Source of the DNA: Polyangiaceae bacterium
GTDB lineage: Bacteria; Myxococcota_A; Polyangia; Polyangiales; Polyangiaceae
Direction of reading: 5' to 3'
Length of the DNA: 32,000 nucleotides
Assembly: GCA_044376115.1 (NCBI GenBank)
Contig: JBILLK010000028.1
Span: forward strand, 102,389-134,388
Below, piece after piece: positions 17,991 through 25,835 of the stretch (its first letter is position 1; each line of letters begins with the position of its first letter). The position numbers and the translations under genes were made by a program. The notes under the pieces were generated by a model. It searched no databases. It saw only the letters and a list, made by a program, of their open reading frames with translations, and was not told the origin of the DNA.

Positions 17991-18101
17991 TGAGTTTCTC
18001 GGCTTGTAACGGCCGGTTATCCCGGCGGCTGCACCATAGCAGCGGCCTCCCGAGGTTCGCTGACTCTTGCAGCGCTTTTTGGTGCTCGCGATAGTGGATC
18101 G

Positions 18102-20036
18102 ATGCGGGGAGCGTTGGCGTTCGGGTTGGTGGTCGGGGCGGTGGGCTGTGGGGACGATGCTGGTACCGGGGGCGCGGGCCTTGGCGGCTCCGGGGGCCAG
18201 GCTGCTGTGTGTAGCGCCGATGCAGGTAGCGGTTCACTTGCGTTTGTCGACAACACAGTAGCCTGGAGTCTCGGCGCGATCACCGGCTCGCCGGGGAGTC
18301 AGGCGATCGTAGCGGCGGATATCAATGGTGATGGCTACCCCGACTTGGTGGTGCATGGCTTTGCCGATCGGATGCCGGTCGACCTCGAGGTTCCCTTCAT
18401 CCGCGTGCTACTCAACGTGGAGGCGGCTGGTGGTGGGCGCACCTTCGTCGACTTCACCGCTGAGAGTGGCTATCCCGGCGCCGCCGACGACAGCTCCGCG
18501 GAGTTTCGCGCGGCCCATTTCGCTGCGTTCGGCGATCTCGACGCAGATGGCGACCTCGATGCGGTGAGCGCGACCTACAACTCGCCCAGCGCGCCTCTCG
18601 ACGCGCCCAGCTACGCGATCGATCGTACGCGCGTACTGCTCAACGATGGGCAGGGTCGATTTAGTTATGCGGCAGCTTCGGATATCTCGCCGGAGGCTGC
18701 GGCTGCGGTTGCTTCGGTTTCTCTCGCCGATCTCGATCTTGATGGTCGGCTCGATGTGTTCGAGTCGGTTTGGTACACGCGCAGTGGGAGTGGCTCGAGG
18801 CAGCCGGTCTTGTTCGGCAATGGCGACGGAACATTCGTTGATCGGACCAACGCGTACGGCGTGGATGGCGTTGCCTTTCGTCGCCCGGGCTTCGGTACCG
18901 CCGCATGTGATCTCGATGGCAACGGCTATCCGGAGCTATTGACGCAATCGTACGGGCGCCAGCCGAACATGCTTTGGAAGCTCGAGTCCGAGGGCTTCGT
19001 CGATCTCGGGGCCAGCTCGAATTATGCGTATGACGACAATCAGTCGTACGAGGACGATCAGGTCTTTCGTTGTTGGTGCCAGAGCAACGCTGATGATGCG
19101 CGTTGTGAGGGTGTACCCGGTCCGTCGATCAGCTGTGGAGCGGGCCTTCCAAGTTGGGTCTGGGGCGTCTCTGACCAGCCGGAGAACCTCGGCGGCAATA
19201 CCTTCTCAACGGTCTGTGGCGATGTCGACGGGGACGGGCGGCTCGACCTCTTCACCGGGGAGATCACTCACTGGTGGGCGGGCCAGAGTTCCGACGCGAC
19301 GAACCTACTGCTGAGAGCCCCAAGTGACGTGCTCAGCTTCGATCGGCAGGACCGTGCGCAGCTCGGACTCGAGTGGGTTCACACAAGCAGCTCCTGGGAC
19401 GAGGGCGGCCTCTACACCAACATGGCCGACTTCGATAACGATGGGCGTTTGGATCTGGTGGTGGGCGCCTCGGATTACGTCGATCAGTATTTGATGCTGT
19501 TCCATCAGCGAGCTGACGGCAGCTTCGAGGAAGTCGCCACCGCTGCCGGAATCGATCACCCGTGCGCCTCATCACCCGTTGTGGCCGACTTCGACCGCGA
19601 CGGAGACCTTGATCTCGTGGTGGGAGGAAGTTTGGCTCGAGAGTTCTGCAACCAGGCGTGGGGCGGAACCGCAACCGTGCCGGGCGAGCCGGAGGTGCGC
19701 CTTTATGAGAACCGCAGCAGTGAAGGCGCGCGCGGGTTTGGGGTTCGGCTTCGTGGGGACGGCGTGACGAGCAATCGCGATGGCATCGGCGCGCAAGTCA
19801 CGGTGGTAGCTGGTGGACGCGCCCAGATGCGGGAGCTCAACGCGGGGCATGGCCATTTCTCGATGCAAGACGACACCGTCCTATTCTTCGGCGTCGGCAA
19901 CTGCGAAACGGTCGAGTCGATTGAGGTGCGCTGGCCAACCTCGACGCTCGAGATGCAACGCTTCGAGAACGTTCCGATCGGCGTGTTGGTGGAGATCGTG
20001 CAGGGCGAGCAGAGCGTTGTAGCGATCGCGCCGTAA
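18102..20036 (+). CDS. Lipoprotein with FG-GAP/VCBS repeats and a C-terminal ASPIC/UnbV domain (CRTAC1 family)
   Basis: Lipobox LVVGAVGC. Repeated DxDxDGxxD loops (DINGDGYPDLVV, DLDADGDLD, DVDGDGRLDLF, DFDNDGRLDLVVG, DFDRDGDLDLVVGG). C-terminal NRDGIGAQVTV...GHGHFSMQD...VEIRWP-like block. Confidence 0.85.
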   Translation: MRGALAFGLVVGAVGCGDDAGTGGAGLGGSGGQAAVCSADAGSGSLAFVDNTVAWSLGAITGSPGSQAIVAADINGDGYPDLVVHGFADRMPVDLEVPFIRVLLNVEAAGGGRTFVDFTAESGYPGAADDSSAEFRAAHFAAFGDLDADGDLDAVSATYNSPSAPLDAPSYAIDRTRVLLNDGQGRFSYAAASDISPEAAAAVASVSLADLDLDGRLDVFESVWYTRSGSGSRQPVLFGNGDGTFVDRTNAYGVDGVAFRRPGFGTAACDLDGNGYPELLTQSYGRQPNMLWKLESEGFVDLGASSNYAYDDNQSYEDDQVFRCWCQSNADDARCEGVPGPSISCGAGLPSWVWGVSDQPENLGGNTFSTVCGDVDGDGRLDLFTGEITHWWAGQSSDATNLLLRAPSDVLSFDRQDRAQLGLEWVHTSSSWDEGGLYTNMADFDNDGRLDLVVGASDYVDQYLMLFHQRADGSFEEVATAAGIDHPCASSPVVADFDRDGDLDLVVGGSLAREFCNQAWGGTATVPGEPEVRLYENRSSEGARGFGVRLRGDGVTSNRDGIGAQVTVVAGGRAQMRELNAGHGHFSMQDDTVLFFGVGNCETVESIEVRWPTSTLEMQRFENVPIGVLVEIVQGEQSVVAIAP

Positions 20037-20042
20037 TCGCCA

Positions 20043-20735
20043 CTACTCGGTCGGTGGATCGGTGTTGCGTGCGGTCTCCAGCTTGGCCTTCGGCGTAACC
20101 GGGTCCACTTCGCGAGAGCCACCGTCGATCGCGTCAACGATGTACACGATCGGGCTAGCGAGGAAGGCCGTGTCCACTTGCAGCGCCAGGACGAAGGAGC
20201 TCTGGCGTCGATCGTCCAAGCCCACGCGCGCTTGTGCGACGAGTCCGAAGGACATGACGTAGCCATCGCTGTCGTAGCTGCGGCTTCCGAAGAATAGCGT
20301 GCTGGCTATGCCAGCCTGGGCGTCGAAGTCGTCGTCCGCAACTCGAACGTACGGGCCTACCGAGAGCACCATCGGAAAGGTGTCGAGCACCGGCAGCAGC
20401 AGCGAGACGCCGCCACCGAGCGCAACGTCGTCGAAGGCCTGCGAAAGCGCCTCGAGATACGGCCCGACACCGAAGTCGCGTGTACCAGTACGGCCGAATA
20501 GAACGTCGCCATGGAACCCGACGTGGAAAGCGGGCTCTTCAAATACCTGGGCGTGCTGCCCGCGCGCCGCGACGCCTGCGACCAAGCCAACACTCGCCTG
20601 CGGCTCGGCCTGAGCGAAGGCTGGCCAAAGCAAGCTTACTGCCAGACTCAGGATCGCCCCCACGGGGCATCCCAGCTGGGAACAGGCCCTGGGCGGGGGC
20701 CGTTCCTCGATTTTCCGCTGCTGGGCAAGAGTCAT
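20043..20735 (-). CDS. Hypothetical secreted protein, possibly beta-barrel
   Basis: I prefer the start at the internal Met (MTLAQQRK...), because the longest ORF (to 20786) would abut the zapA start. Signal-like ILSLAVSLLWPAFAQA, then alternating hydrophobic pattern. Confidence 0.5.
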   Translation of the reverse strand: MTLAQQRKIEERPPPRACSQLGCPVGAILSLAVSLLWPAFAQAEPQASVGLVAGVAARGQHAQVFEEPAFHVGFHGDVLFGRTGTRDFGVGPYLEALSQAFDDVALGGGVSLLLPVLDTFPMVLSVGPYVRVADDDFDAQAGIASTLFFGSRSYDSDGYVMSFGLVAQARVGLDDRRQSSFVLALQVDTAFLASPIVYIVDAIDGGSREVDPVTPKAKLETARNTDPPTE

Positions 20736-20784
20736 TCGGTTCACTGCATCCACCGTCGATGGAGATGACGCGCCTCGTGGTAGC

Positions 20785-21102
20785 ATGCCCGAGATGGCAG
20801 CACGCCCTGTTGAGCTACGCGTTGGGGGACAGTCCTATCGTGTCGTCTCATCTGCGAGTGCCGAGGATCTAGAGCGCCTCGCCACGGTGGTGGACGAGAA
20901 GCTTACCTCGCTGGTTCCCCCTGGAAAGCCCCTCAGTCCTCAGAGCCTGCTGTTGGTCGCCATGGCGCTCGCACACGACGTCGAAGTAGAGCGCGCAAAG
21001 GCCGAACGGGTACGTTCTCATTCACGGTCTGCCTTGCGCACGATGCTAGGCGAGGTGGAGGAGACCTTGGCGCTTGCCGATCAGGCCCTTCCACGGACCT
21101 AA
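20785..21102 (+). CDS. zapA: Cell division protein ZapA-like
   Basis: VELRVGGQSYRVVSSASAEDLERLATVVDEKL and LLLVAMALAHDV match the ZapA fold pattern, about 100 aa. Alternative ATG at 20794. Confidence 0.65.
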   Translation: MPEMAARPVELRVGGQSYRVVSSASAEDLERLATVVDEKLTSLVPPGKPLSPQSLLLVAMALAHDVEVERAKAERVRSHSRSALRTMLGEVEETLALADQALPRT

Positions 21103-21104
21103 CG

Positions 21105-22214
21105 TTGAGCGGGATGAAGTTCCTGACGGAGGAGCTCGAGTCGCTACGAGCTCAGAATCTGCTTCGGGAGACGGCTGCTACACCACCGGCCGGTTTGGTG
21201 CTTTGCTCGAATGACTACCTTGGGTTAGCCGAAGTCCCAGCCACTCGAGCCGCGGGGCTACCCGGCGGTTCTGGGGCCGCAGCCTTGGTAACCGGCTATC
21301 ACGAGGCTCATCGGGTCGCCGAAGCTGCGTTGGCGGAGTGGGTCGGGCTACCAGCATCGCTGCTGTTCAGCTCGGGCTACTGCGCCAACGTTGGGGTCGT
21401 CAGCGCGTTGGCCGGCCCGCCCGACCTCGTGCTTTCGGATCGCCTCAACCACGCCTCGATCATTGACGGCTGTCGCCTTTCGCGCGCGACAGTGCAGGTG
21501 TTCGAACATTGCTCGCTGGACGACGCCACCCGTCAGCTCGAACAACAGCGCTCAAAGTTTCGCCGTGCGTTCGTTGTCACTGAAAGCTACTTCGGCATGG
21601 ATGCAACCACCGCCGATCTTCGGTCGCTTCGGGCGTTGTGCGATCGTTACGACGCCGCTTTGATCGTCGATGAGGCTCATTCGCTCGGCGTGTTTGGCTC
21701 AGAGGGCGGGGGGCTTTGTCGGTCGGTGGGAGTCGTTCCCGACGTTCTGATTGGTACGCTGGGCAAGGCAGTAGGCCTTCATGGTGCGTTCGCGGCTGGG
21801 CGCAAAGAGCTCCGGACCTTTCTGTGGAATCGCGCACGCAGCTTTGTGTTTTCGACCGCAACCAGTCCGGCCTCGGCGGCTGAGATTCCTGAGCGGGTCC
21901 AGCTTGTGCGGGCGGCGGACGACCGGCGCAGGGATCTGCTGGATTGGTCAGCCGAGATCCGCACTGTGCTGGCTAGCGGCGGACAAGAGGTTTTTGGAGA
22001 CGGGCCGATCATTCCCTGGATCTTGGGCGAGGCCACGTCAGCCCTCGCTGTTCAGCGGCGACTCCTTGAGCAGGGTGTCGTTGGGCTCGCCATCCGACCT
22101 CCGACGGTCCCGCTTGGGCAGGCCCGGGTTCGGCTTGCAGCTCGTGCAGGGCTCACTCACGAGCAACGTCGGCTCGCCCGTCAGGCGTTGACGATCGTCG
22201 CGCAGACCGGTTGA
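21105..22214 (+). CDS. bioF: 8-amino-7-oxononanoate synthase-like PLP enzyme (alpha-oxoamine synthase family)
   Basis: CSNDYLGLA, DEAHSLGVFG and GTLGKA (PLP Lys) motifs. 369 aa fits BioF better than Kbl or SPT. TTG start at 21105 or ATG at 21114. Confidence 0.7.
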   Translation: MSGMKFLTEELESLRAQNLLRETAATPPAGLVLCSNDYLGLAEVPATRAAGLPGGSGAAALVTGYHEAHRVAEAALAEWVGLPASLLFSSGYCANVGVVSALAGPPDLVLSDRLNHASIIDGCRLSRATVQVFEHCSLDDATRQLEQQRSKFRRAFVVTESYFGMDATTADLRSLRALCDRYDAALIVDEAHSLGVFGSEGGGLCRSVGVVPDVLIGTLGKAVGLHGAFAAGRKELRTFLWNRARSFVFSTATSPASAAEIPERVQLVRAADDRRRDLLDWSAEIRTVLASGGQEVFGDGPIIPWILGEATSALAVQRRLLEQGVVGLAIRPPTVPLGQARVRLAARAGLTHEQRRLARQALTIVAQTG

Positions 22215-22290
22215 CGGCGCTACAGCACCCGCAACGGTTATCGGCTCGTCGTGCCTGTGAGGCTGCACGTCGGTGCCGGTGTACAACTGA

Positions 22291-22320
22291 CGCTGGTTCG
22301 ATGACCAGCGTTATTTGCGC
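22291..22320 (+). terminator. Rho-independent terminator candidate after bioF
   Basis: CGCTGGT-tcgatg-ACCAGCG, a 7-bp stem, followed by TTATTTGCGCTTT. Confidence 0.5.
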
Positions 22321-22491
22321 TTTGGCTGTTGTCGTTTTGAGGCCGACGATGTCGTGGCCACGTTACGGCTGCGGCTTTCCACGTGGCTCGCGCGTTGGTT
22401 CACGTGGTGGGAGGGAGGGTTTTGAGGTGCTGCGGGAGACGGCACGCGAAAAGGCTGGGCCTCGGTACTCGCGCGGGCGCGATCCGGCGGT

Positions 22492-22990
22492 GTTGCCGTT
22501 CCCGAGCCCTCCCAAAATCACTGCCAGGGTCTCAATAATTGACGCGACCGACCCGGCTCCGGCCTGAGGGCCCGCCCCGCTGCCTCGATCCTGCGTTCCA
22601 AAATCACTGCCAGGGTCTTAACAATCCGGCTCCGGCCCTCAGGGCCACTCCCACTGCCTCGATCGGGCGTTGGCCCCGTTCCCAAGCCCTCCCAAAATCA
22701 CTGCCAGGGTCTTAACAATCACCCCGGACATCCGGCTCTAGCCCTCAGGGCCACTCCCACTGCCTCGATCGGGCGTTGGCCCCGTTCCCAAGCCCTCCCA
22801 AAATCACTGCCCGGGCCTTAACAATTGAGCGGCTGACCCGGCCCCGGCCCTCGAGGCCCCGCCCGCTGCGTCGGTCGGGCGTTGGCCTCGTTCCCCTGTC
22901 CCCGAGATCGTAGCCAAGGGTCTTAACAATTGAGCCTCGAGGGCTGGGGCCGCCCCGCCCGCTGCGTCGATCGGGCGTTGGCCTCGTTCA
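22492..22990. repeat. Tandem repeat array A: five units plus a partial sixth, 74-106 bp each, non-coding
   Basis: Units start at about 22492, 22595, 22669, 22775, 22881 and 22977 (partial). Conserved blocks are GTTGGCCCCGTTCCCAAGCCCTCCCAAAATCACTGCCAGGGTCTTAACAAT, a GC palindrome (GGCCCTCAGGGCC or CCTCGAGG variant), and CTGCCTCGATCGGGC. Confidence 0.85.
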
Positions 22991-23007
22991 GTCCGGCTTG
23001 GGCTAAC

Positions 23008-23023
23008 TGTTTCACGTGAAACT
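23008..23023. promoter_or_regulatory. parS: parS site 1 (ParB-binding centromere-like palindrome)
   Basis: TGTTTCACGTGAAACT matches 15 of 16 positions of the canonical TGTTNCACGTGAAACA. The 14-bp core GTTTCACGTGAAAC is a perfect palindrome. Confidence 0.8.
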
Positions 23024-23771
23024 GATCGTTGGTCTTCTCCTGGCAGCTCGCCTCATCGCCCGACACTTTTCTACGTCGCGGTCGAACCGGATGCATCGCG
23101 AGCGCGGCAACTCTAGAACGCGCGTAGCCACAACCGTGACCCTATTAGCCCGGTTCGCGACTCAGCACCGACTTCGCTCACCCCAGGACGCAACGCCAAC
23201 CACGAGCCGCCGCCCCGGACCTAGCCATCAATCAACCGCACAACCATGATGTCGACACCGCGTCCCGTTGACACGTTCAACGGATTCTCACGGGAGGTCG
23301 ATCTGACACGGGGCCGGGGACTCCTCGGAACGAAGCGCGTAACCGTTTTTAGCTGGAGGCGGTTCGGAGCCTCTTCGCGGTAGAGCGACAACGGCACCAC
23401 CTCGAAACTAGTGAGCTAGAACCGTTCGACAACCGGGCAAGGCGATAGCTTTGTTGGCCCGTAAGGCACACCCCGCGTCGGAATCCCATCCGTGGCCCAC
23501 CCCACTGCGCAAAGGTGCGCTCGACCAACTAACCCTATTGCTGGTCGAACGGTGTGCGCGCCAATCCCAGGGCACCAGCATTCCGCGCTCAAACCAGCTT
23601 GAACGTATTCACAAGAATCTCGCTGAAGCTTGCCTGTACGTCGCTCTATCAGTCGTCGTGCTTCCACCAATACGAAGCTGCTGAACCGTTCTGCTCAAGC
23701 CCAAGCCACGACATGAGCGGTCTGCTGAATCGCCAGCCTCCGGCAACCAACGGTATCCGATTATCACCCAA

Positions 23772-24100
23772 GGTGGATGCAGTTGGCAGAATGACTCGAA
23801 GTCCCTGCGCGGGAGCCGGTCTGAGGTCCCAAAGGCCATCGACTTGGACGAGATATCAGATCGAATGTCGACGCAATGACGCGAGCTCGAGTGGAAGACT
23901 CCGCGGAGGTCTCCGGAGCGCCGAAGGCACGAACTAATGACTCGAGCCTTCTTCCGAAGAACCGGTCGATGGCCCCTTTGAAACTTCTAGTTTGGCACGA
24001 GTGATTCCGCTGAAGGCGGATGCAGTGGACAGAATGACTCAGGCCTTCTTCCGAAGAACCGGCCGATGGCCCTTTGAAACTTCTAGTTTGGCACGAGTGA
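23772..24100. repeat. Repeat family B: two near-identical 68-69 bp units 97 bp apart, plus a diverged upstream copy
   Basis: AATGACTC..GCCTTCTTCCGAAGAACCGG.CGATGGCCC(C)TTTGAAACTTCTAGTTTGGCACGAGTGA at 23936-24004 and 24033-24100. The leader GG(T/C)GGATGCAGT..CAGAATGACTC occurs at 23772-23797 and 24015-24040. Confidence 0.8.
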
Positions 24101-24256
24101 ATACTCTGCCTCGGTACTACTCTCGTTCGGGATACGTGCGACCGAAACGGTCGGATTCTTGTTGCCCCCATACGACTTCTAGCTGCCGCGAATTGCACCA
24201 CCGCTCCGACGCCCTCCTAACGAAAACCCCGTACGACTTGCCTTCCACAGTGACGC

Positions 24257-24272
24257 TGTTTCACGTGCAACA
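24257..24272. promoter_or_regulatory. parS: parS site 2, one core mismatch
   Basis: TGTTTCACGTGCAACA matches 15 of 16 positions of the consensus (A to C at position 12). Confidence 0.65.
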
Positions 24273-24563
24273 GCCCCGTATAGTTCCCAGCCACCCCCCG
24301 TCCAACAACGTCCACGACGTGCCGTGAGTGGTTTAACGAGCTGCAGCCGGCGGCTCGGTCCAATGAGTACCGGCCCGTGGCCCACCCCATCGCCTTATCC
24401 TCACCGTCGACTACCTATCGGCGCCGACCTCGCTAACCACGACCCGTTGCTCCCGTTCGACGTTCTCCAGAGCGCCAAGAACCCAGGCTCAAGCTAAGTC
24501 CGGAGACCAAACTGCGCCCACACCGACGCCAATACGCCAGTCCCGACAGTGACGGCCAAGCTG

Positions 24564-24608
24564 GCGGGCTAGTCCAGTCGCTGACCAGCGGGCTAGTCCA
24601 GTCGCTGA
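24564..24608. repeat. 21-bp exact tandem duplication with a 3-nt spacer
   Basis: GCGGGCTAGTCCAGTCGCTGA at 24564-24584 and again at 24588-24608. Confidence 0.85.
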
Positions 24609-25130
24609 GCATAGGGATTGACCCTCGCGCCGCGAATCCTCTTCGGCCCGGGCGTTCCTGCGTTAAACGTTCGGTTCCGAAAGCGCGGTTTGACTTAGAT
24701 GTCGACGGTCGATGCTGCCGTTCACCTCCAACCGGTAAGTCGCGGGCGGCTTAGGGCAAGCCGAAGGCACCTGGCGATGGTATGCCGGGTCGAGCGGTCG
24801 ACGCCCGCAGCGTCGAAGCTCGGTGCCCTTGGTACGGCAACCAACGATGCACTGACCGCCCACTAGTGAGATGGCAAACCACTCGGTTCCCTCTACGCCG
24901 CTATTGCGCCCAGCCGGTGCAGCCTCCCGATTGTGGCCACTGCCACCTAGCATGTCTCCAGTTGCAGTGTCGCTGCCAGAAACCGATGCGCGGGACTCGC
25001 GAAGCTAAGTCCAACACCCCCGCGACGGCCAGACCACGGCGGGGCCCGAAAGCGGCCAACCAACCTAGGCTCTGCCTGCAGAAAATACCTACTCCACGTG
25101 CGAACTGGGCCAGGTCCGAAACCTCGACAC

Positions 25131-25146
25131 TGTTTCACGTGAAACC
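25131..25146. promoter_or_regulatory. parS: parS site 3
   Basis: TGTTTCACGTGAAACC matches 15 of 16. It shares the 17-mer ACTGTTTCACGTGAAAC with site 1. Confidence 0.8.
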
Positions 25147-25187
25147 GCCCTCGGGACCCTAAACGACACCACCAGCGCCGAGATGAA

Positions 25188-25835
25188 TCAGCGAACCTGC
25201 CGAAGGGTGCCTCGATCCATCTCCCAGGTCGTCGGATTCAACGCCTCAAACCGGGCCGGATCATGGGCGACGACCACCACTACGGCATCGGCAATTACCC
25301 CGCGCACCGCGCCCAACAAAAGCTCAAGTCCGGCCGAATCCAAACCTGTCGTCGGCTCATCCAAAAGCACCAAACTCGGCCGGTGCATCAACGCTCTGGC
25401 GAGCGCGACTCGTTGCTTCTGACCCCTCGAATTGGTCCTTAAAGGTCGCTCCGCAAACGCCCGAAGCTGAAACCGCTCGCGTAACTCCACCCAAGCCGCC
25501 TCTGGATCCAGCCCATAGAACTCCGCTGCCAAGCGAAGGTTCTGCTGCCCACTGAGGTCCGGGTAAACCAACGCTTCGTGCGACAGCCAACCGATCTCGG
25601 CCCGCACCTCCGAATCATCGGCCTCGAACGGCTCAAACCTAACCTGCCCCGAGGTGGCCTTGACAGTAGTTCCGAGTACCCCGAGCAACGTGCTCTTACC
25701 CGACCCATTGGCCCCAACGACGACGGAAAGCTGGCCGGACTCAAACACCGCCGACGCTTCACGGAGCGCAACCGTCGCGCCAAACCGCTTGGTCACTCGC
25801 TCTAAAACCACCCGCGTTACACGCCGCTCGGTCAT
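25188..25835 (-). CDS. ABC transporter ATP-binding protein (CcmA-like small ATPase), no permease gene adjacent
   Basis: Walker A GANGSGKST, signature-like NSRGQKQRVALARAL, Walker B LVLLDEPTTGLD. I prefer the ATG at 25835, which overlaps the kinase stop as ATGA. Confidence 0.85.
   Translation of the reverse strand: MTERRVTRVVLERVTKRFGATVALREASAVFESGQLSVVVGANGSGKSTLLGVLGTTVKATSGQVRFEPFEADDSEVRAEIGWLSHEALVYPDLSGQQNLRLAAEFYGLDPEAAWVELRERFQLRAFAERPLRTNSRGQKQRVALARALMHRPSLVLLDEPTTGLDSAGLELLLGAVRGVIADAVVVVVAHDPARFEALNPTTWEMDRGTLRQVR

Noticed and set aside
22291-22310. tRNA-like GGTTCGAT T-loop motif
   Set aside because: The loop length is wrong for a T-arm and there are no acceptor or anticodon arms. 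It is better explained as the bioF terminator hairpin followed by a T-rich tract.
22375-22411. Two CACGTG-containing parS half-site-like sequences (CTTTCCACGTGGCTC and TGGTTCACGTGGTGG); another lies at 25090-25105
   Set aside because: Only about 10 of 16 positions match the parS consensus, and the right half is absent. They could be decayed sites but are not callable.
22211-22567. 118-aa ORF immediately after bioF
   Set aside because: It reads through the putative bioF terminator hairpin and into the first tandem repeat unit. It has no RBS and is Arg-rich low complexity.
22511-22830. Sigma54-like promoter on the minus strand of each array A unit (CTGGCAGTGATTTTGG)
   Set aside because: The spacing of GG and TTG fits, but the near-invariant -12 GC is GG. 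The -24 TGG is also lost in unit 4 (GGGCAG). This is too weak to call.
22492-22990. CRISPR array interpretation of repeat array A
   Set aside because: The units are contiguous 74-106 bp blocks. They lack the 25-40 bp repeats alternating with unique spacers of similar size, and no cas genes are in the window.
22492-22990. Integron attC-like reading (TTAAC ... GTTGG core-like ends about 60-70 bp apart)
   Set aside because: The putative R'' and R' cores are not complementary (GTTGG against the required GTTAA). No cassettes lie between the sites and no intI gene is nearby.
23016-23249. 77-aa ORF starting with a GTG inside parS site 1
   Set aside because: The start codon is part of the parS palindrome. 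Third-codon-position G/C is clearly lower than in the real genes. No motif is present.
24171-24182. 12-mer TACGACTTCTAG shared between the desert and the dnaN upstream region (27862-27873)
   Set aside because: A rough expectation for one exact 12-mer shared between a 3 kb and a 0.4 kb interval, counting both strands, is of order 0.1. This is suggestive but not compelling without more copies.
23764-24201. 145-aa minus-strand ORF with an internal repeat (HSCQTRSFKG...)
   Set aside because: The protein repeat merely mirrors DNA repeat family B. There is no start context and codon bias is poor.
22215-25187. DnaA-box cluster (oriC) inside the gene desert
   Set aside because: I found only scattered 6-8 of 9 matches (for example TTATCCTCA at about 24394 and CTTCCACAG at about 24242), and no AT-rich unwinding element. 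The dnaN-proximal spacer is the better, though still tentative, candidate.
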